Below are positions 25,169 to 36,877 of a stretch of DNA of 64,000 bases, one piece after another. Position 1 is the stretch's first letter; each line of letters opens with the position of its first letter. The translations under genes and the position numbers were made by a program. The stretch is from Tubiluchus corallicola (Eukaryota; Animalia; Priapulida): positions 434,001 through 498,000 of the forward strand of contig JAQGDQ010000121.1 in assembly GCA_030141605.1 (NCBI GenBank), written 5' to 3'. The notes below the pieces were generated by a model. The model worked only from the letters and a program-made list of their open reading frames with translations. It did no database searches and was not told the DNA's origin.

Positions 25169-26518
25169 ACAAAATGTGAAAAGCATGCACATGGATTTAT
25201 CATTTGGAAGTGAATTCATTCAGTCTGTCAAGTGACAAACAAGTGTAACGTTTAACCGTGTTTATCCCAAGTGGTATTTCAACCCATATCTACTGTATCA
25301 GGACAACATTCAAAAAGCGAAAATCGAGCTAATTTAGCTTCACAATGCCCAGTTCATGATCAATTTAAGCAACACCCTCAGCAACATTACGTAAAAAATA
25401 ATGATTACAAAACTCTAGTAACCAAAAAAACAACTCTTCAACCTTGGACATTAAAAGACCACAACAAACTGGATCGGGTACCTCGAATTTGATAATATGA
25501 AAAGTGAAAACGTTACAGTTTCACCAGTCACACAGGTGGGCAGCTCCAGTTACTTGTAGCAGCTGTAAGTCTGGAGAACGAATCTGCTGAAGACTGTGAT
25601 GATTATGGATGTCAAGTCCATACCAAACTGTTAAACAAGATCTGCTGAACGAATGTATGTTGGGACAGACCATCGAAGAGAAGGCATCAACAAAAACCTA
25701 ATAATTTAATAACTAAAACCATTGTCTTGGCCAGGCAAAATGCTTACCACTCTGGCGTCGTCGCCACGCAGACTTTTCCTGGATATTTCAGAAGCCAAGT
25801 CAATTTCGTTTGCCTGACGTTTAAGGTATACCACTTATACTAATACTAATAATGTTATGTACATATGATTTATACCAGAAAAAAGCTAGTTTACAATTTT
25901 GAACAACTAATAAGCAGGACAAATTTCTAAAGAGAATATGTAATTATTGACGAAGTGCTGCATACAAAAATACATAACCTGCTAACGGGAACTATTACAC
26001 AACTTTGGTCATGTTCATTGACACCGGGACACCTACAAACTGAGTCACAGTTCACCATTCTGGTTTAAAAAATCAAAATGCATATATTGGCTACAACTCA
26101 GTGTCTGTGAGCTAACCCATCATGCCATCTGACTAGAAATTTCGATCAACTTGACTTTTGGGAGCTCAAAAGCTGGAATTTCACTCACTTCAGGATCGTG
26201 TTAACCCAACTGCTGCAAAGGAAATTATGTCATTGCATTTAAACATGGACACGAATCACGGAGATCATAAGCAACAGGTCGGTCATAATAACAAATTTAT
26301 CTTCGTACTGGTCATTCTTCTTATGAATTTTACACATTTGGATGCAATTTTTCAAAAACGTTTTGTTTGTCTTAAAATTTCGTAATTTTCTTTAAGATAG
26401 TTTTCATTTTTGATTTCTTTAATTGCCTTGTACTGTCTCAAAAAAGTGTGATGAAAAAACAAACACCAAAAAGTTTCTGTATTTTCTTACATAATTATAA
26501 TTAAAAAATTCGGACTAT

Positions 26519-26519
26519 C

Positions 26520-26554
<35 letters not shown>
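26519..26554. repeat. (TA)n microsatellite upstream of transketolase
   Basis: Directly visible dinucleotide run. Confidence 0.9.
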
Positions 26555-26872
26555 CTTGCTTAGTAGAAACTTCACCAATTTAAAAAAAAATAGATAATGA
26601 TTTCTTAATCACAACTTGAACTAAGGTGCTTACTTATAGTTAGAGTATCTGAATTGTAACTCTAAAGACACCATCATGCGTTACCGTAAGAGTTGACCAT
26701 AGATAATAATCTTACTAACGTAATCTCTAGATATCTGTAGATGACATTGACTACTATAGTGTTTTCAACTTTCACGTTCTTTCGTTTTGACAATCTTGGC
26801 CGGGTTGAACGCGTTTTCTGTCAGCTCTGATTTTCGCCGGTTAATCGTTATTTGACGAGCAATTCGACACAA

Positions 26873-28732
26873 ATGGATGCAACAACAGAACAGGAGTTAC
26901 GTGACATAGCTAACAAGTTACGAATACACAGCATTCGTGCAACAACAGCTAGCAAAAGTGGTCATCCTACGTCATGCTGTTCTGCGGCAGAAATCGTCTC
27001 CGTTCTATTTTTCAATGCTATGAAATACAATGCAAAAGACCCTAGAGATGCGAGCTCTGACAGGTTTGTTCTTTCTAAAGGACATGCGGCGCCAATTCTC
27101 TATGCAGCTTGGGCTGAAGCTGGTTTCGTTCCAAGAGAACAGTTGACTAATCTGAGGAAAATTGATTGTGACTTGGAAGGTCACCCCACACCTATTCTGC
27201 CCTTTGTAGACGTTGCTACTGGCTCCCTAGGTCAAGGATTAAGCTGTGCAGCAGGGATGGCATACACTGGAAAATATTTAGACAAGGCAAGTTATAGAGT
27301 TTATTGTCTCTTAGGGGATGGTGAAAGTGCAGAAGGTTCCGTGTGGGAAGCATTGTCATTTTCTAGCTACTACAAGCTGGATAACCTGGTTGCAATTTTC
27401 GATGTTAACCGTTTAGGGCAAAGTCAGCCAACTGCATTTGAGCACAATATGGAATTATATCGCAAACGCGTAGAGGCTTTTGGCTTTCATACTATTGTTG
27501 TCGATGGGCATGATGTTGGCGCTCTTGTTAATGCATTCCAATCAGCTGAATCAGTTAAAGGCAAGCCGACGGCTATCATTGCGAAAACATTCAAGGGTGC
27601 AGGCATACCGGGCATTGAGAATGAGAATGATTGGCATGGTAAAGCACTTGGAGACAAAACTGACGCAGCGGTTTCTGCTATTGAAAGTAGAATTGTTAAC
27701 AAAGCATTGCATAAACTATGTCCCAATCTCCCACTGAAGAACGATGCACCTGCAATTACCCTGGGCAAAATGAAAATGTCTGAACCACCTCAATACCAGA
27801 TTGGTCAAGGGGTTGCAACCAGGGCTGCATACGGAACAGCCCTAGTAAAAATGGGCAAGGCAAATAAGCACGTCGTTGCAATGGATGGGGATGTGAAGAA
27901 TTCTACTTTTTCCATCAAATTTAGGGATGCTTTTCCAGATCGCTTCATCGAATGCTTTATTGCTGAGCAGAATCTGGTAGGAGTGGCTATTGGATGCGGC
28001 ACACGGGGCCGCACTGTTCCCTTTGTAAGTACATTTGCTTGCTTTTTGTCTCGTGCATATGATCAGATTCGTATGGGTGCAATTTCTCAAACTAATGTAA
28101 CCTTCTGCGGGTCTCACGCCGGTTGTTCTATTGGTGAAGACGGGCCATCTCAGATGGCGCTGGAAGACCTGGCTATGTTTCGAGCAATTCCTGGTTCGAC
28201 AGTATTTTATCCAAGTGATGCAGTCTCTGCTGAGAGAGCTGTGGAAATTGCAGCAAATACAAAGGGCATCTGTTTTATACGTACCAGCAGGCCCAACACC
28301 CCTGTCATGTATGGAAATGACGAGCCGTTTGAAGCTGGCAAGTGCAAGGTCGTTCGCAAATCTGCCAAGGATTGCTGTACTGTAATTGGAGCTTGTGTCA
28401 CTTTAGTTGAAGCTTTGAAAGCAGCCGACGAATTGGCCGGACAAGGCAAAAATATTCGGGTCATTGACATCTTCACACTGAAACCAATAGATGGAGCCGC
28501 CATTATTGCCAATGCAAAGGAAACTGGTGGAAAAATCATTACTGTTGAGGATCATTATCCGGAAGGAGGTTTGGGAGAAGCAGTTTGTGCAGCCATTTCT
28601 GAGGAACCTGGCATTCAAGTGAAAAGACTGTATGTTCCAAGAGTTCCGAGAAGCGGGCCTCCAGCTGTTTTGATGGATATGTTCGGAATTAGCGCAAGCT
28701 GCATTGTGAAAGCATGTAATAGTTTCTGTTAA
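26873..28732 (+). CDS. TKT: Transketolase, animal type, 619 aa, single coding exon
   Basis: Uninterrupted ORF from ATG 26873 ([24 protein letters not shown]). Motifs [29 protein letters not shown], the TPP-binding [13 protein letters not shown]...[19 protein letters not shown] and [15 protein letters not shown] near 30093. Confidence 0.98.
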   Translation: MDATTEQELRDIANKLRIHSIRATTASKSGHPTSCCSAAEIVSVLFFNAMKYNAKDPRDASSDRFVLSKGHAAPILYAAWAEAGFVPREQLTNLRKIDCDLEGHPTPILPFVDVATGSLGQGLSCAAGMAYTGKYLDKASYRVYCLLGDGESAEGSVWEALSFSSYYKLDNLVAIFDVNRLGQSQPTAFEHNMELYRKRVEAFGFHTIVVDGHDVGALVNAFQSAESVKGKPTAIIAKTFKGAGIPGIENENDWHGKALGDKTDAAVSAIESRIVNKALHKLCPNLPLKNDAPAITLGKMKMSEPPQYQIGQGVATRAAYGTALVKMGKANKHVVAMDGDVKNSTFSIKFRDAFPDRFIECFIAEQNLVGVAIGCGTRGRTVPFVSTFACFLSRAYDQIRMGAISQTNVTFCGSHAGCSIGEDGPSQMALEDLAMFRAIPGSTVFYPSDAVSAERAVEIAANTKGICFIRTSRPNTPVMYGNDEPFEAGKCKVVRKSAKDCCTVIGACVTLVEALKAADELAGQGKNIRVIDIFTLKPIDGAAIIANAKETGGKIITVEDHYPEGGLGEAVCAAISEEPGIQVKRLYVPRVPRSGPPAVLMDMFGISASCIVKACNSFC

Positions 28733-31689
28733 AAGTAACCTTGAAAGCATTTGAGAAGGAAACTGGTAAGGCTAAACCATTTGTCTACATACGTTGTAGT
28801 AAACTTGTCTACACACATTTTTCTTTATGCACGTGTAAAAGCGAATACTTGCAAGGTGAACATAACAAAAATGCTACACTTTGTTGTTTGTCGAGTTACC
28901 AATTAAAATGCTAATTTGACAACTAGTACCTTAATAACCTATAGTCCATACTTATAGCCTATCCATCAGTTTCAAAAATATGCTTCAGTATATATGTATT
29001 AAACTGGACCAGGTTCCTGGTGGTGGTGTTTTCTGAAAACCTTTGTCAACTTACTGTTACGTACATATTAATCATGCTCAGATTTTCATGCGTATTATGT
29101 AGACGTGCTTTGATGTTTTTTCATTCGTAGATATGAATTTCTCAAATTATTAACGGGTCCTTTTTTAATAGTCATTTCTGCCATTTTCGATAAGAGTCAT
29201 AGTTAACTGTCATTGGTTTACTTATTATTGAAAAGTAACTTTGCTGTGATAGAGCTATAGCCGGTGTTTCAGTTACAGTCAAAAGCTATTATTGTTATTA
29301 TTAGATCTATATAGTTCCCTTAAAAAATATAAAAAATATTTCATACAAATATTATAGATTTTTTTTTAATAGTAGGCCTAGGATTTGCAAGGATCATAGC
29401 TTATGCTTTTAGTTAATTTTTAGAAAAATGCCTAACTGTTTGGCAAATTTGATAGTAGCTTAGTTGTTACATGATTGTTGTTACATCTGGCAGTGAATTC
29501 ACTGTGATGTGTCCATGCACTATTTTATCCATATATTTTGCAGCACTTTGTGATTTTGTTGCTTTTGAGATATGCTTACAAATACCCGGTTTAGAAATAT
29601 GGCAGATTCAAGCTTTCTGCCAAATCTTTTGTGTGAATTATGTGTAAAAAAATTCATGAGAGCCAGTTAATGTTTCGGGATGTACTTTATACTTGGTTAT
29701 CAGCACTTTACAGTATAGCTGTTTATCGTTTTTGGCTGTTGTACTTAACAAGAATACAGAGATTTAGATTTAGTTGGTTAAACTATGATAATAGTAATGC
29801 TTTTAAATGAGTTGTTATGTTACACATATTATGTATAAATAGCTTGAATGTATAATTTTTTTGCAGCAGTCTTTTTGCTCATTTCAGAATACATGCTGTT
29901 AAAAAACATGTGGGCTAGCAGTACATCAATAATTACAAACATTTTGTCTTGACTAAAATGCAGTATAGTTTTTAGTTGTTCTTGGCTGGTATAAATCTTG
30001 CACTATAGCCACCTGTTGTTAAAATGTTAATGAAGCCTATGTAGAGTTAATATGCATTGCTGTCATTGTCTACATTGTGTGCACATTGTTAGAATAAACT
30101 TGTGGATGTTAAACATTGTCTTTTGACTTTTAGAAATGTTATTGGTGATCATAAGAAATTATATTTTAAATGTTCATAAAATTACGAATCCTTTCAAGTA
30201 CTGTACTGTATACTGAATAGTAAGTGTATACATACTTGACATTGTGTAGCTGTATACTTTGCAGTGGCTGACCTTGTTTATGTACAAGATGGCTAGTTGA
30301 TAAAATAATTATAGATATTGCAGCCGTTTAGGGTTCTATTTTTGAAATTGAAGTTCAAATCCAAGCTAAGCTATAACTTTTTATTTACATATTTTTTTAT
30401 TTTTGCCAGTTGCAGTTTAATTTTGCACTATTGAAACTACCAGTTCAAATGAGAACTGCAAAAATTTGAAAAAATGGAAGTTTTGCAATAGTTGGCATAA
30501 AAATAACTTGAAAGTTCATGCACTTCTTAAGTCTCTCACTGGCACATTTTATTGCAGTTAGGGGCTGGCTGCTGAAAAAACACGTTGAAGGAAAACTTCT
30601 GTAAAACGTACACAAGCTACAGCGTTTTGCTGTAAAGGGATGCAGTATAAATAGTAAGATTAAAACACATGTCACGGATGCTGGTATATGGCGCTTAGAA
30701 TAGCTAGCTGTATATAGTGTATAACATTTCTACGTATCCCAGTGAGCCCAGTATGAATTTGAATGACCTTGGTCAAGTTCAGTGAGGCTCACTAACGCTT
30801 TATAGTTCATACTTTCTATTAATTTTTTGTATTTAATTAAATTCTAAATGAGACTTTTTTGATACCCCAAGACGCTTAGCAAATTCAGAAATTAGTAATG
30901 TCATTTTGTATGCTTTATTGCCGTCAATATCAATTTTTTTCATAGAAGAATTGTATGAATGCCCCATTAATAGGCCACAGCACATACAATGTCACAAAAC
31001 ACGCAGGCAAATGATGCAACGTATGTCCAACAATTTATATGCATTTAGATTGTACGCCAGTAGCTATTAGCGAAGGTAGAACCTCTTTCAGCTTAACAAG
31101 CATTCTAATAAAGGTGCTATACTTATAGGACCGCTAATTTCTAAAATGTGCAAGTCATTCTGGCTACAAAAATGGGACGAAAATCCTGTTCTATGATAAT
31201 ATTCTTGGCTATTTACAACTAGCCTTGGCATGACTATGTGTTTGTTGAATGATTGGAAAAATGTTTGCATGTTGAATAGGAGTTTCTATTTACTAAACAG
31301 CGTACATTACAAGTGTGCTATGTATTGAGTTGCTCAGAACTGATATTTTCTGAAGTCACTCTCTTTCTTTTTCTTCTCTCTCTCTCCTCATCCTCTATCT
31401 CGACTCTCGCTGTCTCTCTACCTCCCCCTCTCTCTATCATGCTCTGTCGACCGCATGCGTGCACGCGGCGCGCGCGTATTTTTAAAGCTTGTAAAAGATG
31501 GGGTAGGCATGCCTGTAATTACTTTATTTTACATGTATTATTTATTTATTAAGGTATCCACACATAAATAAAAACAACTGCATAAAACAAAATATGTACA
31601 ATAATAAACGAGACGGGTTAAAGTGGATACGGGAGAGACACAACGAGTAAAATTACTGCTTACATGTCTGCAAAAATACAGATGTATTG

Positions 31690-32420
31690 AAAAATCAATT
31701 TTCATTAATCTTTGACTAAATAATTTACTTGAGGCGGCATTTGCCAGCGGAGACCCATTTACATACTCAGGTACTTGACTACTCTATTGGCAAACGAATG
31801 TTGAGCAACTGACAATACAGATCGATTTTCATAAAGTTTATGACAATGACCCCTAAAAATTCTAGGGGCATGAGGAAAAAGTTAATATCTAGCTAAGTGA
31901 TTTTCTCTATGAATAGTACTGCAACATCTTTAGATCATAATGAATTCTCTCTCCTAATGACAACATATTTAAAGCTAAAAGTCTGTCAGGGTAAGGCATA
32001 GAAGTAAATCCACACCTAGCGTACAATTTCTAGTGAAATGTCTTTGCACATTGTCAGTAATGTCGATATTTCTCATTAGGTGGGGAAACCATACAATGGT
32101 CCATACAGGCGTACACTATTCCACAATAGGGCGAATGTAAGATTTAAAAGTTTTAAGCAAAATAATCTCTATCTGTTGTAAACTGAAAATAACGAAAGAC
32201 CGTGTTTGTTACACGATTTACTTTAAAAGCAATTTCACGACGGTGCTCACTAAATTTAACACTATGGGATATAATTATAGTAATACCTAAATCACTCACA
32301 AGTTTTACTGGGAATTAGAGCTCCATATAATCTGCACACTATAGAACGATTCCTACTTCCTATGTGTAAAACGGATTATTTATTAATAGAAATACTTAGC
32401 TGCCATAAAATTTACTAAAT
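31690..32420 (-). mobile_element. Decayed CR1/L2-like LINE 3' fragment
   Basis: Minus-strand translation fragments KLVSDLGI, KSYIRPIVE*CTPVW and RGHCHKLY...HSFANRVV resemble the RT C-terminal region of CR1-group LINEs. Stops and frameshifts are present. Confidence 0.65.
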
Positions 32421-32429
32421 TTAAATGTA

Positions 32430-32875
32430 ATGAAGTCACAGGAAAAGTAGACTTTTCTAGGCCAAAAGCAGGCACAATTTTCGCTAAGAAAAAAGTTACA
32501 AATAATTTATGGTGGCCGAAAAAAGTCACAATTTTGGCTAGGAAAGAAGATCAGAAGAAAGAAAAACAAAAAAATTCGAGTCACAATTTATTTAAGTACC
32601 ATAAACAATTAAAATAGTAAAACAGAAATTGTTTTAAATCAGTTCCTAACTGGCAATGCGTCACTTGCAGATATTGACAACACTATTTATGTGTGGCATT
32701 ACGATCGATGGCAATACAAGTATGTGAAAAAATCACGTTTTGTTCAGTATGTTATGGTTAGGATTGCGGTCAGGGACCTAAGGTTGGAGTTGGAGTTAGG
32801 GTTAGGGTTATTACCTTTTCCTGTGATTTTTTTACTCGTAAATTTTTTGCTTGTGAATTTGTTACCTGTATTCGA
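32430..32875. mobile_element. MITE-like element with repeat arms and an internal TTAGGG telomere-like tract
   Basis: Left arm with GAAAAAAGTCACA-like units; right arm TTTTCCTGTGATTTTTTACTCGTAAATTTTTTGCTTGTGA; GTTAGGGTTAGGGTTA at ~32795-32810. Confidence 0.5.
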
Positions 32876-33658
32876 GAATCTTACGTGTTTTGCTATGAAT
32901 AATATGCTAGTACATATCCCAACTAAATGGTGGCTTAATTATTTTGTTGCAGTCTATTTTCTGGTCTCCATTTTTTTCATATAACTGACACGTTTTGGCA
33001 GGTAAATAAATTATTTTCATATTTCTAATAAGTAAAATATAAGTCAAATTTCATCATGTTAACTATCTCAGTTAAAAATTTTAAATACTTGGAAAGGGTG
33101 CCTAATATCTCTAAAATGCAAGAAATGCGTTCGCTTAAAATTGTGGTCTAGCGTCAAACCCTGCCGTAGGAGCTTACATACAGCATGTCACCAGGCCCCT
33201 AACAGTCTGTTTTCATCTTGGGGAGTCTATTAAAACAGTCTTCACAATAATACTTGGAATTTTGCACCACTTACATGCTGTACGTCTTATTGCACATTTT
33301 AGTTTACATTAGCAGTATGCTCTTCAAAACTTGTAAACTAATACTCCTCGATGTCAGTTGGTGCAGCCAGTAAACGGTGAAAATCTTAAGTATTTGAAAA
33401 AGCATTAATTAAAGCTCGAAAAAATAATCAGAACATTCGTAGCACGTACATTCTAACTAACTCAACAAAATTATAAGTAACTTTATATTATCAGTGAGAT
33501 CAATAAATGTGTTTTTGGTGAGCCAGTGGTGCACACTGGGATATGGATAATGGTGATACAGTGACGTTTGCCGGTTGGTGCAACCATTAATTTTTCAATT
33601 TTTTTCCAACTACATATTAATAATTATTATTTTCACTACTTTAATATTTTTGCTAGAA

Positions 33659-34066
33659 GTTGCGCAATACGTTGCGAGAGAAGTTGCCAACCGTCCATAT
33701 TAGCGAGTTTACTCCCATAGTGAAATTGCGCAATAAGTGCAGGAATGCCTGAACGCGCCATAAACTTTGGCTTATGCCTAAGCATATGCCTGCTAAGTTA
33801 CAAGCTTTTGATCAAAAATTTAGCCAATAGATGGCAGCAAAGTACCTAATTTGAACTTGAAAATTTACTAAGCCTTCCACGAGATGGCAGAACTTGCATC
33901 AACGTAGGTGTGTTTGTGTAAAAATAGTTAAGACGAAGTTTTGTTTTGATGAAGAATTCAGTCAAATAAACGTCAGAAATACTCCAAGGTAACTGTATTT
34001 TAGCACTCTTGTTGAGTTTATTGTAGAGCACAATTCATCTGTACATTAGCGTAGCATAAGGTAAGA
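33659..34066 (+). promoter_or_regulatory. Putative promoter and first non-coding exon of the PPxY membrane-protein gene
   Basis: C/EBP palindromes GTTGCGCAAT (33659) and ATTGCGCAAT (33725). CTCF/YY1-like GCCAATAGATGGCAGCA (33823) and TTCCACGAGATGGCAGAA (33875). Strong donor AAG|GTAAGA at 34060/34061 and a candidate acceptor at 36420/36421. Confidence 0.4.
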
Positions 34067-36877
34067 GTAGCTGTTTTTCAAGCTAGGTCTAAGAAGATTG
34101 TGATAACTTCGTTTCCTTCACTGCTTGCGCTAATTTCGAACTTACCAAAAGTAAAAATTTTACTTTCCTAAACTGCAAACTGAGTTTTGTAAACTGCATA
34201 TGCATTTTCATTATTTTTGTACTAGACGGAAAATAGCGCAGGAAAAGCTGCAAGTTACAAAAGGATGGACTGATGCGCGGAGTTTTGCCGTAATATTAGT
34301 AATTGGCATGACTTGTGGCTGTTATTTGTAAGGCAAGACAGTAATTGATTGGCATAGTTATTCATCTCCATTGGCATTAGGTAATATGGGTTCATGCGGA
34401 CCTCAGGAATTGACTGCTTATACTTTTGTTTCCAAGACATTGATATGATATTTACTTAAGTAAATTTTATTGCAATATAAGCAAAAATATATCCATAAAT
34501 TCATTTTTACAAAAAGTCTGTGCAGCAGCTCTTAATTTTTTTTCATTAAAGACTATCAGTCCGTCGTCCGGCAACAATGTTTAAAGGGAAACACGATAAT
34601 TTTTCGTATCCTACCCCATTTAGCAGTACAAAAAAAGAATACATTTTAACGCCTATAATAATACTGTTTCTATAATTTAATTAACAGCTGGAGAGCCCAG
34701 GTAGTGATGATCTCACAAATGAAGATAATTTTCAACAGCACATACATTCCGTGAGTGTGTTCACATGTTTGCAATAATGAAAATTGATGTACAGTGCTGC
34801 TGTATAAGGCGAATATCACACACTCTGTGTGATGCACAATATTCGGCAAATTTTAAATTTAAAAATTTGAATTTTGAGTTTACCGCTGCACACACACCTG
34901 CTCTGGAATGTGTGCACCACATCACAACTGAACAACAACATCTAAAGCTGCAGCACTGTTTCTTGTGCAATGCATTTCTAAGATGCAAGCTCAAGTGCTC
35001 AGCTAATTAGCAAAATGTCTGTAACAGCGAAGAACTAGCCGTAATAAAGTGAAATTAGATTTGTGCATTGACAATTCTTTCTTGCAAATTATTCTTGAAA
35101 AACAGTATGTTCCCGTTGAATATATTACAGGTTAGCGCCAAACATTCTTTTGAGCTTTGAACGAATGAAATCCTTGAATGAAATAATTGATTTTTCTTTG
35201 CGACAATTTTCTAGTCAATTTCTTATAAGTCAGGTAAATGTAGCAATGATACATTTTCTGGAGTAAGCGACAAATTGTTACTAAACATTTGCTCAGTTTT
35301 CCTGTTTTTCCCATGCCTTTGTAGTTATTTTGTAGGGTAGTGGCTCACCACCATACAGCTCATCAACAAGCAAGAGTTTGTAAGCCTGCTTGCTGCCAAC
35401 TGCTGATCTGTATATTAAAATTCTATTCTGCAAATTTTTCCTTGTTTTTGTAGCCTGGTCTTAGGAAATTTTTTGTTTAAAAATGTACTACTTTTTCCTC
35501 TTCTCTTTTTATTGTAGTGACATGCAGATTTTGTCAATTTGCTGCTGGAAAATGTTTAGTAATTAACCAAGGCTGCACAAAAGATTTTGCTCATATATAT
35601 TAATAATGTGCGAACATCCTATATAGTGTCCATTTTATCTAGTTATTAATGCAATACCAGCAGCTTTTACTGAACCAAAGTCGTATGCTTAGTACAGTGG
35701 AATGCCATCAGAAAATCCAGTCAACTCATAGCCACTCCTCTTTATGGAGAATCCTCAAAAGGGACACACATCATCTTGTAGCCCTGTTCATCCTCTTTCC
35801 AAAAAACTATATATCTCTGCCGAGAGAACCCCAGCAGGCGTCGCTAGAATGTTTTTCCTACATGGTTGTTCTGTCAAAATTTCGAAAAAAAAGGGTAGTT
35901 GGGTCTGGGAAAATGCCCGCTACTGGAAATGGTGGCCTTCACGTGAATTCTAAATATGCTTAATACATCTACTGTTCAACGGGCTATCCAACCATTACTT
36001 GTGATGCATTCTCGTTCTCTAGAAATAAGAGGTACAAGTGGCAATTCAGACTAGGTTTTTTAGTTTTTTACATCTTAAGTAAAAATTAAAGTACAGGTTT
36101 TTCAATGAAATATTGAAATTACTGAACTTTTGGGCAACCAGGGGTCATGAAAAGGTCAGCAGAGAAAAATATTGGGACAGTAGTGAGTGGCTCATATTAT
36201 CAAATTAATGTGCAGGACAAGCTAAGTCTATTAACAAAACTTTCAAGAACATAAAGATTTTCTGAAAGTGAACTTAATCCACATTTCCATCAATATCTAA
36301 ATTAGTTAAGAGGAAAATTACAACAAGTAACCAAGCAAAGTACCAAAGCAGGTAAGCAGACAAGTGAACAATATTTGCTACAGCTGAGCTGTTAAAATTT
36401 AATTTTCTTTGATTTTTTAGAACCTGCAAGTTTAGTTGAAACTTTTGAATGCAGTGGACAGTTTGAGAAGCAAATGATATTGTAATTGCTTGATGACGTC
36501 ATCACTATTATCGGACGATGAACAGCAGCCGGAAGCATGACTGGGAGTTATTCTCCAATTGGTGACAGAGGTCATCTTGTAATAGAATGTTTTTATGTAC
36601 CTTAGAGCATGGTTCATTATGCAGCAGTCCTAAAGAGATTGAAGTTCCTGTATCTTATGTAAATTTACTTGGACTTTTTCATCTTTTTACTCATTTGTGG
36701 CTTGTGCTGTTAGAGATTTGCTCTGGAAAATTAAAACTGTCTTTGAAACAAATTTTAATTGAGAGGTTCTACGGCATACATCAGCTATTCGTCTTGGATT
36801 ACTACTTTATTTGTTCATCCTTACTTGTTCATCCGAAATTTTTTTCTGCCTTTGTGGATGACACTTCACCTGCACCA

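Noticed and set aside
26852-26872. TTG start extension of transketolase given by the ORF track
   Set aside because: In a eukaryotic context the ATG at 26873 fits the usual animal TKT N-terminus.
26873-28732. Horizontal transfer or bacterial contamination as the source of the intronless TKT
   Set aside because: Length and motifs are of the animal type, the flanks have the same composition as the rest of the window, and there is no operon context.
32795-32810. Interstitial telomere or chromosome fusion scar
   Set aside because: Only ~2.5 TTAGGG units, embedded in a MITE-like element.
36587-36877. N-terminal 97 codons of the 250-aa ORF, and likewise 38260-38417 of the 265-aa ORF
   Set aside because: The first looks like UTR or intron read-through, with the Met at 36878 preferred though not proven. 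The second lies upstream of the acceptor at 38417/38418.
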